The position numbers and the translations under genes are program-made. A DNA stretch of 64,000 nucleotides from Candidatus Uhrbacteria bacterium RIFOXYB12_FULL_58_10 (GTDB taxonomy: Bacteria > Patescibacteriota > Patescibacteriia > UBA9934 > GWF2-40-263): assembly GCA_943354165.1 (NCBI GenBank), contig CALRBH010000005.1:18-64017 (forward strand), read 5' to 3'. Under the pieces are notes generated by a model. It was not told where the DNA came from and did no database searches. It saw nothing but the letters and a program-made list of their open reading frames with translations. Positions 46,443 to 55,482 of the stretch are shown here, in pieces. The stretch's first letter is position 1; every line of letters starts with the position of its first letter.

Positions 46443-48323
46443 ATGGACCCTAAGCCCCAGACCCCAGCCCCACGCCGCAACGACCGTCCGAGCGGACGCC
46501 CAGCGCCGAGCAACTCCTCACGCCCAAATCCAAACGGACAGGGACGTTTCGACAAGTTCCGCGGCAAGGTGTTCACCCGCGATACTGTGAAGCCAAACGT
46601 TGCCCCCGCCGCTGCCGCGCACCCAACCGGCCCAGAAGCGCAGCCAGCCACCAAGCCACCCGCCACCGGCGATAAGCTTCGCATTGCGGTCATGGGCGGC
46701 TGCGAGGAAGTTGGGCGCAACTGCACCCTGCTTGAATACGGCAATGACATCATCTTCGTAGACATGGGCCTTCAGTTCCCTGAAGAAGACATGCCGGGCG
46801 TTGACTACATCATCCCCAACATGAGTTACATCAAGGGGAAGGAAAAGAACGTCCGCGGCATTATCATCACGCACGGCCACTACGACCACATCGGTGGGAT
46901 CCCGCACAACGTGCCAAAGATCGGCAACCCGCCAATTTTTGCCCTTCCGGTATCCGCCGCGATTATTAAGCGCCGCCAGGAAGATTTTCAGTCCCCACCG
47001 CTGAACGTGAAGATCACGGGCGTGGATCAGGTCCTGCAGCTCGGTGTCTTTAAGGTCAGCTTCTTTCACATCAATCACTCCATCCCTGATGCTGTCGGGA
47101 TTGTGATCGAAACTCCAGCAGGTGTGGTGTGTCACACCGGCGACTGGAAGTTCGATTTCCATCCAACCGGCACCGTGCATGCGGATTTCCAGAAGATCGC
47201 CGCCATCGGACAAAAGGGCGTGCTGTGTCTCATGGGCGATTCCACCAATGCCTCCAAGCCTGGCCACCAGGTTTCTGAAAAGGTCATTGGTGAGGAGATT
47301 GAACGCATCATTGAGAAGGCTCCAGGACGTGTAATCGTCGGGACGTTTGCTTCCCTTCTCGGCCGCATCAAGCAGATCATCGAAATTTCTGAAAAGCTTG
47401 GCAAGAAGGTGGCACTCGACGGCTTCTCCATGAAGACCAACGTCGAAATCGCCAAGGAGCTTGGGTTCATCAAGGTTTCTCCTCATACTTTCATCCCCAT
47501 CGAGGATGCGGACAGCGTTCCACCAGAAAATCTGGTGATCGTCTGTACCGGTGCGCAGGGCGAAAAGAACGCGGCCCTCAATCGAATTGCCAGTGACGAA
47601 CATCGATCCATTAAAATCATCAAAGGCGACACGGTGGTGTTCTCGAGCTCCGTCATTCCGGGGAATGAAGGGTCCATTCAGCGCCTGCAGGACACGCTTT
47701 ACCGCAAGCGCGCCCGCGTCATCCATTACAAGATGATGGACGTGCACGCCGGCGGACACGCGCAGCAGGAGGACATTAAGCTCATGCTCGCGCTGTTCAA
47801 GCCAAAGTATTACGTGCCTATCGAAGGCAACCATTTCCTCCTGCGCGAGAACGCCCAGGTGGCCTACTCCATGGGTTGGAAGGAGGAAAATGTCTTCGTC
47901 GTAGACAACGGCCAGGTCATGGAATACTGGCCAGGCGGCGGCCGCATGACCCAGGAGAAGCTCGTCACGGACTACGTGTTCGTGGACGGCCTCGGGGTCG
48001 GCGACGTTTCGCAGGTCGTGTTGCGTGATCGTCAGGCCCTCGCTGAGGACGGTATGGTGATCGTGGTGGTGAAGGCCGACAAGCATACGGGAGATCTCGT
48101 AGGCGTGCCGGACATCATTAGCCGCGGATTCATCTTCATGAAGGACCACCAGGAACTCGTCGAAGGGACCGCCAAGAAGGTCCAGGACGTCCTCAAGAAA
48201 ACCACCAAGAGCGAAGCGGATCCTGAGCACATCAAGACGCTCATCCGCGATGAAGTTGGAGCGTACCTGTTCCAGAAGACGGAACGCCGCCCAATGATTC
48301 TCCCAGTCCTGATCGAAGTCTAG
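46443..48323 (+). CDS. rnj: Ribonuclease J (metallo-beta-lactamase/beta-CASP), with an N-terminal Pro/Ala-rich disordered extension of about 85 aa
   Basis: HGHYDHIGG, the beta-CASP motifs and an RNase J C-terminal domain are present. The start is at MDPKPQT; the ORF opens at 46368. Confidence 0.92.
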   Translation: MDPKPQTPAPRRNDRPSGRPAPSNSSRPNPNGQGRFDKFRGKVFTRDTVKPNVAPAAAAHPTGPEAQPATKPPATGDKLRIAVMGGCEEVGRNCTLLEYGNDIIFVDMGLQFPEEDMPGVDYIIPNMSYIKGKEKNVRGIIITHGHYDHIGGIPHNVPKIGNPPIFALPVSAAIIKRRQEDFQSPPLNVKITGVDQVLQLGVFKVSFFHINHSIPDAVGIVIETPAGVVCHTGDWKFDFHPTGTVHADFQKIAAIGQKGVLCLMGDSTNASKPGHQVSEKVIGEEIERIIEKAPGRVIVGTFASLLGRIKQIIEISEKLGKKVALDGFSMKTNVEIAKELGFIKVSPHTFIPIEDADSVPPENLVIVCTGAQGEKNAALNRIASDEHRSIKIIKGDTVVFSSSVIPGNEGSIQRLQDTLYRKRARVIHYKMMDVHAGGHAQQEDIKLMLALFKPKYYVPIEGNHFLLRENAQVAYSMGWKEENVFVVDNGQVMEYWPGGGRMTQEKLVTDYVFVDGLGVGDVSQVVLRDRQALAEDGMVIVVVKADKHTGDLVGVPDIISRGFIFMKDHQELVEGTAKKVQDVLKKTTKSEADPEHIKTLIRDEVGAYLFQKTERRPMILPVLIEV

Positions 48324-48333
48324 ACAGACAAGG

Positions 48334-48362
48334 AACGCCCCACATGGGGCGTTTTCCTTTTC
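48334..48362 (+). terminator. Rho-independent terminator after rnj
   Basis: gaacgcccc-acat-ggggcgtt is followed by ttccttttc. Confidence 0.7.
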
Positions 48363-48388
48363 TGGCTCCCCTGTTACCATGCAGCCGT

Positions 48389-49372
48389 ATGATAAAAGCT
48401 CTGACCGCTCTGCAACCGACCAATTTTTTCCATATCGGAAACTGGTTTGGGGCGATTGAACCCGCGGTTGCCTTGCAACGAGACCATAAACTCTCGATGT
48501 TCATTGTCGATTACCATGCGATTACGGTTCCGCAGAAGCCGGAGGAGCTACGGAAGAACATTCTCTTCGCCGCCGCCACGTATCTTGCGGCTGGCATCGA
48601 TCCGAAGACGACGACACTCTTCCAGCAGTCGGCCGTCTCCGAACACACGGAGCTCGCCTGGGTCTTGAACTGCATTGCCAAGGTCGGCGAACTTGAACGG
48701 ATGACCCAGTTCAAGGATAAGGCGAAGGGCAAAGGCGAAAGCGTTTCTATGGGCCTCTTCGGATACCCTGTGCTCATGGCCGCGGACATTCTTCTCTACG
48801 ACACGGAAGTCGTTCCCGTCGGCGAAGATCAGAAACAACATGTCGAACTCGCTCGCGACTTGGCGATCCGCTTCAACCGCGACTTCGGCGAAACGTTCGT
48901 GGTCCCAGTTCCGAAGATCCGCGAAGTCGGCGCCCGCATTATGGGACTGGATGACCCGATGAAGAAAATGTCGAAGTCGGCTCCGAGTGCGAAGAACTAC
49001 ATCTCCCTCATGGACGATGCGGACACGGTCGTGAAAAAGATTAAGGGTGCGGTGACGGATTCCGGAAGCGAAATTCGAGGTGGCAACGATCGCCCTGCGT
49101 TCTCGAACCTACTCGCGATCTATTCGCTCATCACGCACCGATCAGTTGAGGCCATCGAGACGGAATATATCGGCAAACAATACTCAGACTTCAAGGGCGA
49201 TCTCGCGGAGGTTCTGAACCTCTGGTTGGCCCCGTTACAGGCCAAAATCAAGACATTTGTTGAACACGAAAATGATCTCAAGGCGATTCTTAATGAGGGG
49301 GCGCAGAGGGCGCGGGAGCAAGCGCAGAGGCGCATGAAGCAGGTGCGGGAGAGGATTGGGGTGGCGCTCTAA
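48389..49372 (+). CDS. trpS: Tryptophan--tRNA ligase
   Basis: HIGN (a HIGH variant), GEDQKQH and KMSKS are present in a 328-aa protein. Confidence 0.93.
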   Translation: MIKALTALQPTNFFHIGNWFGAIEPAVALQRDHKLSMFIVDYHAITVPQKPEELRKNILFAAATYLAAGIDPKTTTLFQQSAVSEHTELAWVLNCIAKVGELERMTQFKDKAKGKGESVSMGLFGYPVLMAADILLYDTEVVPVGEDQKQHVELARDLAIRFNRDFGETFVVPVPKIREVGARIMGLDDPMKKMSKSAPSAKNYISLMDDADTVVKKIKGAVTDSGSEIRGGNDRPAFSNLLAIYSLITHRSVEAIETEYIGKQYSDFKGDLAEVLNLWLAPLQAKIKTFVEHENDLKAILNEGAQRAREQAQRRMKQVRERIGVAL

Positions 49373-49375
49373 CTG

Positions 49376-49403
49376 TTGACCAACCCGCCCAATCGTGTTA
49401 TAT
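49376..49403 (+). promoter_or_regulatory. Strong sigma70-like promoter for rnpB
   Basis: TTGACA (49376-49381), a 16-nt spacer and TATATT (49398-49403). The predicted TSS at about 49410 coincides with the P1 helix start. Confidence 0.55.
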
Positions 49404-49407
49404 TCCG

Positions 49408-49925
49408 GCGGTCCTGGGACGGCCGGACGGCTACGGTGGATCGCAAGATTCGCTGAGGAAAGTCCGAACACCCGTGGCATCGCAAGGTGCTACGCCAAGG
49501 AACGTCGCTAACGGCGACCGGGTATACCTGTGGGATGTAGAGGCGTTGGAGCAATTCACGCTTTTGGATCTCATAATAAGCCTAGGGAAAGTCTCCCCTG
49601 AAGATAGGACGGGGAGTGCGAAACCAGATCGAAAGGTCTGGGGACGTAGCCACAGAGACAATACTGACGGCCTTCGCGCAAGCCAGGCAGCTGCCTGGCA
49701 AGCATGGCCGCTCAAGGTGAAAAGTGAGGTGATGTGTCGCAAGACGCTGCACCTCTCCCTGCATGGTGACATGCAGGCGATGCAAACCCGTTCCGGTGCA
49801 AGAGCAAGTTTGGTAGCTCGCACGAGCCATGCAGCAATGTATGGACCAGAGAGATGGCCGTCTCCTGCGCACCTAACCCGTGCGGAGAAGACAAAATTCG
49901 GCTTACAGGCCGCTCCCAGGACAGC
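49408..49925 (+). ncRNA. rnpB: RNase P RNA (bacterial type A)
   Basis: The P4 strands GAGGAAAGTCCG and ACAAAATTCGGCTTACAGG are conserved, as are ACAGAGACAATAC..GGCC and AAGGTGAAAAGTG, which correspond to E. coli M1 CAACAGAGAGCAAACC and GGTAAGGGTGAAAGGGTG. P1 pairs GTCCTGGGA with TCCCAGGAC. A terminator follows. Confidence 0.85.
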
Positions 49926-49957
49926 TAAAACCCTCGCTTACCGCGGGGGTTTTTGCT
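49926..49957 (+). terminator. Rho-independent terminator after rnpB
   Basis: aaaaccctcgc-ttac-cgcgggggttttt. Confidence 0.65.
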
Positions 49958-49971
49958 ACCATACGCCTACT

Positions 49972-51393
49972 ATGAAGCGCTCAGAGCTATTCTTCACGAT
50001 CGTTCTCCTCCCCGTGGATCTGCTGGCCCTCATCGCGGCGTCTATTGCGGCGTTCCATTTGCGTCTGCACCCGTATTTCGTGAACCTCCGACCCGTCACC
50101 TTCGACCTCACCATCGAGAACTATCTTCCGGTAGCGACGCTCGTCTCCTTTGGGTGGATGGTCATCTTTGCCGTGAGCGGATTGTACGGCATGCGCCGGC
50201 GCGCGATGGCGACAGAGCTTACGCGCGTATTCCTTGCCTGCTCTGCCGGCATGGCCGGAGTGTTCTCCATTCTCTTCTTCTCCCGCACGCTTTTTGAATC
50301 GCGTTTCATCGCTGTCGCCGCATGGATCCTGGCAATCATTTTCGTCTGCGCGGCACGCATCGCGGTTCGTCTTGTCCAGCGCAGTCTCCTTTACGCCGGC
50401 ATCGGCGAACATAAGGTCGTCCTCATCGGCAACAGCCATTCCGGAGACGAGCTCGAGAAATTCTTCAAAGCCCGTCATCGGTTCGGCTTCCATGTCGCCG
50501 GTCATTTTCCTAAGTTCGATGAAGCCGCCCGCGAACACATCCATGCCCTCAAATCCAAGGACCAGGTCGATGAAATTTTCCTCGTCGATCCGGAAATGAG
50601 CCGAAAGGACGCCTTTGAGATCCTTTCGTTTACCGAAAACGAACACCTGGGCTTCCGCTACGTCGCCGATCTCTTTGCCGCGGCAGCCGGACGATCGATT
50701 ATCCATACGTTCACGGGGATTCCCGTCATCGAAGTACAGAAGACTCCCCTCGATGGTTGGGGCGCCATCTACAAGCGCATTTTCGACATCGTCGGATCGC
50801 TCGTTCTCATCATTGCAACCTTACCGATTCAAATCGTGGTCGCCATCGCCCTTTTCATCGAGAGTCCTGGGCGCGTATTCTTCTCCCGCCTTCCGAATGG
50901 CAAGAAAGTTCTGCGCATGGGCGGTTCAGGCCGGCCGTTCCACTACTTCAAGTTCCGTTCGATGATCAAGGACGCCCACCTGTTCCGATTCGATCCTGAC
51001 TTCGTAAAAAAGTACGGCAACCTTCGGGAAGGATCCCCCATGTTCAAACTCAAGGACGATCCGCGCGTCACCCGCGTAGGAAAGATCCTGCGCAAATACT
51101 CGCTCGATGAGCTGCCGGAGTTTTACCTCGTCCTGCTAGGCCGCATGTCGCTGGTCGGTCCACGCCCACATCTCCCGGAGGAGGTCGCTAACTACAAGCC
51201 GCACCAGCGCAAAGTGCTTACGATTAAGCCTGGAATCACCGGAATGGCCCAGATTAGCGGCCGTGCCGACCTTGACTTTGACGAAGAAGTCCGCCTAGAT
51301 GTGAGCTATATAGAGCGCTGGAGCCCATGGCTCGACCTCTACATCTTGCTCAAGACCCCCTTTGCTGTTTTGTTTAGAGGAGGGGCGTATTAA
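49972..51393 (+). CDS. Polyprenyl-phosphate sugar phosphotransferase (WbaP/CpsE-like bacterial sugar transferase)
   Basis: It has N-terminal TM helices and the C-terminal Bac_transf domain (..LDELPEFYLVLLGRMSLVGPRP..). The start is at MKRSELFF; the ORF 49474.. overlaps rnpB. Confidence 0.88.
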   Translation: MKRSELFFTIVLLPVDLLALIAASIAAFHLRLHPYFVNLRPVTFDLTIENYLPVATLVSFGWMVIFAVSGLYGMRRRAMATELTRVFLACSAGMAGVFSILFFSRTLFESRFIAVAAWILAIIFVCAARIAVRLVQRSLLYAGIGEHKVVLIGNSHSGDELEKFFKARHRFGFHVAGHFPKFDEAAREHIHALKSKDQVDEIFLVDPEMSRKDAFEILSFTENEHLGFRYVADLFAAAAGRSIIHTFTGIPVIEVQKTPLDGWGAIYKRIFDIVGSLVLIIATLPIQIVVAIALFIESPGRVFFSRLPNGKKVLRMGGSGRPFHYFKFRSMIKDAHLFRFDPDFVKKYGNLREGSPMFKLKDDPRVTRVGKILRKYSLDELPEFYLVLLGRMSLVGPRPHLPEEVANYKPHQRKVLTIKPGITGMAQISGRADLDFDEEVRLDVSYIERWSPWLDLYILLKTPFAVLFRGGAY

Positions 51394-51395
51394 AA

Positions 51396-51487
51396 GGGCT
51401 GTAAGGATGGTAAGGGCGGTAATGGACTGTAAGGGCGAAAGATCGAACCAACCCCTTACCATCCTTACAACCCTTACAGCCCTCACC
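51396..51487. repeat. GTAAGGG-family hairpin (G family) between wbaP and the GT4 gene
   Basis: gggctgtaaggatggtaagggcggtaatggactgtaagggcg pairs with ccccttaccatccttacaacccttacagccctcacc. Confidence 0.8.
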
Positions 51488-51501
51488 ACCCCACGATCCT
51501 C

Positions 51502-52587
51502 ATGAAACTCGCGATTGTCCACGACCACCTCGTCCAAGACGGGGGTGCGGAACAGGTGCTGCGGGTTCTCCAGGAAATCTGGCCCGAGGCACCCACCTAC
51601 ACCCTCGTTTTTGATGCGGCCAAAATGCCGTCGTTCAAGGACAAGGACATTCGATCTTCGTTCCTCCAGAAGCTCCCGTTCGCGAAGTCCCGCTACCAGT
51701 GGTACATCGCCCTCATGCCAACCGCTACGGAGTCCTACGACCTGCGGGAGTTCGATGTAGTGGTCTCGAGCTCGAGTGCATTCTCCAAAGGCATCATCAC
51801 GCGCCCTGGAGCCATTCACATCTGCTACTGCCACACGCCGACGCGTTACCTGTGGTCGGATTCCGTGAGCTATGTGAACGAGCTCAAGGTTCCAAAGCCG
51901 ATCAAGATGTTCCTGCCTCCCCTGCTCTCGATGCTGCGGGTTTGGGATCGCCATGCGGCAGATCGCGTCGACCATTTCATCGCGAATTCTGCGACGGTGA
52001 AGGAACGCATCAATAAATATTACGAAGCACCGAGCACTATCATCCATCCGCCGGTTGATGTGTCGAAGTTTGCGATTTCTGATGCGCCAAAGAGTTATTT
52101 CCTCGCTGGCGGACGACTCGTTCCGTACAAACGGTTCGACCTTGTGGTGCAGGCAGCCAATAAAACCGGCATTCCTGTGAAGATTTTCGGTTCTGGCCCT
52201 GCGGAGGCGGAGTTGAAGGCGATGGCCAAAGGGAACGTCGAATTTCTCGGTCGCGTTACGCTCGCCGAGCAGGCGAAGCTGTACGCGAACGCCAAGGCGT
52301 ACATTCATCCGCAGGAGGAAGACTTCGGGATGACGGCGGTTGAGTCGATGGCCGCGGGCCGGCCGGTGATTGCGTTCAATCGCGGTGGAGCGACAGAGAC
52401 GGTTGTTCCAGGCGTGACGGGAGAGTTCCTCGATGAGCAAAGTTGGGAAGAGCTTGCGGATCATCTCATTCGATTCGACAATGCGAAGTACGATCCAGCG
52501 GCGATCCGAACCCATGCGGAAAAGTTTTCTACGGAGCAATTTAAAGCCAAGCTCAAGGCGTTCGTCGAGGAGAAACTTCGGAAATAA
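51502..52587 (+). CDS. Glycosyltransferase family 4 (GT-B)
   Basis: It has the C-terminal GT4 EX7E region (..EDFGMTAVESMAAGRPVIA..). Confidence 0.85.
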   Translation: MKLAIVHDHLVQDGGAEQVLRVLQEIWPEAPTYTLVFDAAKMPSFKDKDIRSSFLQKLPFAKSRYQWYIALMPTATESYDLREFDVVVSSSSAFSKGIITRPGAIHICYCHTPTRYLWSDSVSYVNELKVPKPIKMFLPPLLSMLRVWDRHAADRVDHFIANSATVKERINKYYEAPSTIIHPPVDVSKFAISDAPKSYFLAGGRLVPYKRFDLVVQAANKTGIPVKIFGSGPAEAELKAMAKGNVEFLGRVTLAEQAKLYANAKAYIHPQEEDFGMTAVESMAAGRPVIAFNRGGATETVVPGVTGEFLDEQSWEELADHLIRFDNAKYDPAAIRTHAEKFSTEQFKAKLKAFVEEKLRK

Positions 52588-52590
52588 TCT

Positions 52591-53727
52591 GTGAACATTC
52601 TCATAGACATCCGACATCTTGGAGGAGGAACTCCGAGCGGAGTCGGTCAGTACGCGCGCGAACTTTTGCGTGCGCTTCTTCCGCTTGATCCGACCGTTTC
52701 GTACACGTTGCTTTCGACCGGCTTTCGAAAACCAACGCTTCCCTTTTCACTTCCGCTAAACGCAAAACACGTTCACATCCACGCGCCCAACCGGGCGTTG
52801 TTTGCGTCCATGGCGTTGGCATTTCCGAAGCTCGATAAGCTCGTAAAAGGCCGATTCGACGTAGTTTTCGTGCCGAATCTACATGTGACTCCCCTCTCGG
52901 CTGGAATCCCGATGGTCCTCACGATCCACGACGCGAGCTGGCTGGTAAATCCGTCCTGGTTTTCTCCAAAGACAAGGCTCTGGCACAAGATCGTCCGACC
53001 GAAAGTGCTCGTCGATCGCGCAACGCGATTGATCGTTCCGTCTGAAAGCACCGCGCGAGAAGCACAGGCTTTCCTTGGCGCTGACCCGTCGAAAATTCGT
53101 ATAATCCCACACGGCGTGGATCCGATCTTTTCGCCGAAGCCGACGCCACAGGATCACGGCGTGCGATCGCGCTTGAATCTTCCGAAGCGCTTCGCTCTCT
53201 TCCTTGGAACCATCGAAGCGCGTAAAAACGTCGACGGAATCATCGAGGCGGTCCGAATGTACCGCGAGAAGACCGGCGATCGACTCGAACTCGTTCTCGT
53301 GGGATCGAAAGGTTGGGGAAGTTTGGGAGGTTCGGAAGGTTTGGGAGGACGAAAGGATGAGTGGGTTACTCGTCTAGGTTACGTCCCCGACACTGACCGT
53401 CCGGCGCTCTACCGATTCGCGTCCGTGTTTCTTTTTTCATCTCACATGGAAGGGTTCGGCATGCCTGTCCTTGAGGCGATGGCGAGCGGGACGCCGGTCA
53501 TCACCAGTCCGCGCGGTGCGCTCCCGGAAGTTGCCGGTGACGCGGCGATGTATGCAGACCCAATCGACCCGAATCGCATCGAAATGTGCCTTGAGCAATT
53601 CTTCGGTAGCCAAGAGTTACAAGCGAAATTATCGGCGCGTGGATTGGAACGAGCGAAGGGGTTTGATTGGGGAGAGACCGCGCGAAAGACCTTGGAAACA
53701 TTGAGAGAAGCGGCTGGGCACGAATAG
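52591..53727 (+). CDS. Glycosyltransferase family 4 (GT-B), with an in-frame W-family repeat insertion
   Basis: EGFGMPVLEAMASGTPVI is present. The linker LVLVGSKGWGSLGGSEGLGGRKDE is encoded by the repeat at 53311..53348. Confidence 0.85.
   Translation: MNILIDIRHLGGGTPSGVGQYARELLRALLPLDPTVSYTLLSTGFRKPTLPFSLPLNAKHVHIHAPNRALFASMALAFPKLDKLVKGRFDVVFVPNLHVTPLSAGIPMVLTIHDASWLVNPSWFSPKTRLWHKIVRPKVLVDRATRLIVPSESTAREAQAFLGADPSKIRIIPHGVDPIFSPKPTPQDHGVRSRLNLPKRFALFLGTIEARKNVDGIIEAVRMYREKTGDRLELVLVGSKGWGSLGGSEGLGGRKDEWVTRLGYVPDTDRPALYRFASVFLFSSHMEGFGMPVLEAMASGTPVITSPRGALPEVAGDAAMYADPIDPNRIEMCLEQFFGSQELQAKLSARGLERAKGFDWGETARKTLETLREAAGHE
53311..53348. repeat. W-family repeat in-frame within the GT4 gene (encodes GWGSLGGSEGLGG)
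   Basis: ggttggggaagtttgggaggttcggaaggtttgggagg. Confidence 0.8.
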
Positions 53728-53741
53728 TAGTCAGAAATAAT

Positions 53742-53776
53742 GAGCACCCGGCAGACGAGCTGGGTGCTCTTTGTCT
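53742..53776 (+). terminator. Rho-independent terminator
   Basis: gagcaccc-ggcagacgagct-gggtgctc is followed by tttgtct. Confidence 0.65.
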
Positions 53777-53789
53777 ACGCGGGTGCGAT

Positions 53790-53969
53790 TCAGTTGTCGG
53801 TTTTGTTTTGACGTACCGTTCCAGTGAAGTACATCTTTTGGAAACGATCATTGATGTAGACCATTATCACCTCGTACTCCGTGGGGCCTCTTCCCTGCCA
53901 CCAGGTGTAGTGTTCTACTTCCTTTTCTCTGGTATCCCTGCTGTCGTCGCGACGCTCTTTTCTTGTCAT
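53790..53969 (-). CDS. Hypothetical small hydrophilic protein (59 aa)
   Basis: MTRKERRDDSRDTREKEVEHYTWWQGRGPTEYEVIMVYINDRFQKMYFTGTVRQNKTDN, with AGGAGG 11 nt upstream. It is the only plausible part of the long antisense ORF 53790..54689. Confidence 0.35.
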   Translation of the reverse strand: MTRKERRDDSRDTREKEVEHYTWWQGRGPTEYEVIMVYINDRFQKMYFTGTVRQNKTDN

Positions 53970-53995
53970 GGGCACGGAATCCTCCTGGAGCGCCA

Positions 53996-54259
53996 TCAGG
54001 TGATGATGAGTCGCTTGAAACGACGTGAGAGCCTGAAAGCTCGTTTGGCCAACAACCCAAAACTGAGTGCAGCGACAAAAAAGAACACGATGAGATAGAC
54101 AGGACTTTCGAGGAAATACTGCCGGACGGCGCCCACCAGCATTCCACCTGAAGCCACGACGTTTCCTATCGCCTGAAACAGGCGGAATCGACTCTCTGAT
54201 CTGTACTTCATGTTGAGCCTGTCCTGCATCTTGATAAGGACCCATCCAATCATATTCAC
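53996..54259 (-). CDS. Hypothetical small membrane protein (87 aa, 1-2 TM, basic C-terminus)
   Basis: It has a strong RBS, GGAGGTGAAT, immediately before the ATG, and a hydrophobic core PVYLIVFFFVAALSFGLL. Confidence 0.5.
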   Translation of the reverse strand: MNMIGWVLIKMQDRLNMKYRSESRFRLFQAIGNVVASGGMLVGAVRQYFLESPVYLIVFFFVAALSFGLLAKRAFRLSRRFKRLIIT

Positions 54260-54297
54260 CTCCGCCGAAGATCCTAAGCTTTTCCAATAGTTTTTTC

Positions 54298-54346
54298 AAC
54301 CCCAACCTCCCCAACCTTCCGAACTTCCCAAACCTCCCCAACCCCT
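54298..54346. repeat. W-family repeat (reverse orientation), intergenic upstream of the GT4 gene
   Basis: caaccccaacctccccaaccttccgaacttcccaaacctccccaacccc. Confidence 0.8.
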
Positions 54347-54368
54347 CGCGATTTGCTATACTGCCCGT

Positions 54369-55478
54369 ATGAAACTCGGCATTGATGCACGCATGTATGG
54401 GCCGCGCGTGGGGGGTGGGGGGATTGGGCGGTATGTCGAGGAGCTTGTGAAGCGCCTGGCACGCCGGTCTGATGGGATCCGCTACGTGCTGTTCGTGAAA
54501 CCAGAGGCCCGGGACCTGATCCCGAAGGCCGCCCACTTTGAGGTACGCGAGGCTGACATTCACTGGTATGGCGCCGCTGAACAGCTCCGGATGCCGGCGC
54601 TTATCGACAACGAAAAGCTCGATCTCGTCCATGTGCCGCACTGGAACGTGGCGATGCTGATGAAAACGCCATTTGTTGCGACGATTCACGACCTGATTTT
54701 GCTCGAAGAACCTCGCTCCGCCCGGGCAACGACTCTGCCTGCGGCGTTATATACACTGAAGTACCTCGCGTACCGTGCCGTTTTGCGCCAGGCTGTGGTA
54801 AAATCTCGTGGGATCATCGCTCCATCGCAGGCGGTAAAAGATTCGATTCTTTTTCACTTTTCGACTACGGACAACGCAAAGATCCAAGTGATCAACGAAG
54901 GGGTCACTGAGCTCCCTGCGCCAGCCGGAAATCTCCCTGCGTCACTTGCGGGCCATCCGTATTTCCTCTGCGTGGGCAACAGCTATCCGCACAAGAACCT
55001 TGGAATGGTTCTGAACGCTTTCGCCGCCTTTTTCCCGTTCCATCCGGAAACCAGACTCGTCTTTGCCGGCCGGAGGGACACGTTCCGCATGAGCCTCGAA
55101 GCAGACGTTGCAAAACTCGGCCTGCCGGAGGACGCCGTCGTCTTCATCGACAGTCCGTCGGACACGGAACTTTCGCTCCTGTACGCAAACACCACGCTCT
55201 ACTTGTTCCCTTCCCGCATCGAAGGGTTTGGCCTGCCGCCACTTGAGGCGTTGGCCGCCGGAGCACCTGTCGCCGTGTCCGACATTCCAGTACACAGGGA
55301 AATCCTCGGGGGCGCGGTAAAATATTTCTCCCCGAACGATCCAAAGGCCATCGCAAAGATCATGAGTGAATCTCTTACACGTTCTGTCACCCCGACTATC
55401 GACCCCCGACTACCGACTGCCTACTCGTGGGACAAGATGACCGAAGAAACCGTCGCGCTCTACAAAAAACTCGCTTAA
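54369..55478 (+). CDS. Glycosyltransferase family 4 (GT-B)
   Basis: EGFGLPPLEALAAGAPVAVS in a 369-aa protein. TATACT lies 8 nt upstream of the ATG. Confidence 0.85.
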   Translation: MKLGIDARMYGPRVGGGGIGRYVEELVKRLARRSDGIRYVLFVKPEARDLIPKAAHFEVREADIHWYGAAEQLRMPALIDNEKLDLVHVPHWNVAMLMKTPFVATIHDLILLEEPRSARATTLPAALYTLKYLAYRAVLRQAVVKSRGIIAPSQAVKDSILFHFSTTDNAKIQVINEGVTELPAPAGNLPASLAGHPYFLCVGNSYPHKNLGMVLNAFAAFFPFHPETRLVFAGRRDTFRMSLEADVAKLGLPEDAVVFIDSPSDTELSLLYANTTLYLFPSRIEGFGLPPLEALAAGAPVAVSDIPVHREILGGAVKYFSPNDPKAIAKIMSESLTRSVTPTIDPRLPTAYSWDKMTEETVALYKKLA

Positions 55479-55482
55479 ACGT

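Noticed and set aside
46518-48380. A 620-aa minus ORF opposite the RNase J gene
   Set aside because: The plus strand encodes a canonical RNase J with all motifs, so the antisense ORF is an artefact of GC-rich sequence.
49431-49971. ORFs overlapping the RNase P RNA gene, including the N-terminal 166 codons of the 49474 ORF
   Set aside because: The region has RNase P RNA hallmarks, a promoter and a terminator. The wbaP homology starts at 49972.
51295-52617. A 440-aa minus ORF opposite the first GT4 gene
   Set aside because: It is antisense to a clear GT4 glycosyltransferase.
54369-54689. Upper two-thirds of the 299-aa minus ORF 53790..54689
   Set aside because: It is antisense to the third GT4 gene. 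Only the last 59 codons (53790..53969), which have their own RBS, were retained as a low-confidence small gene.
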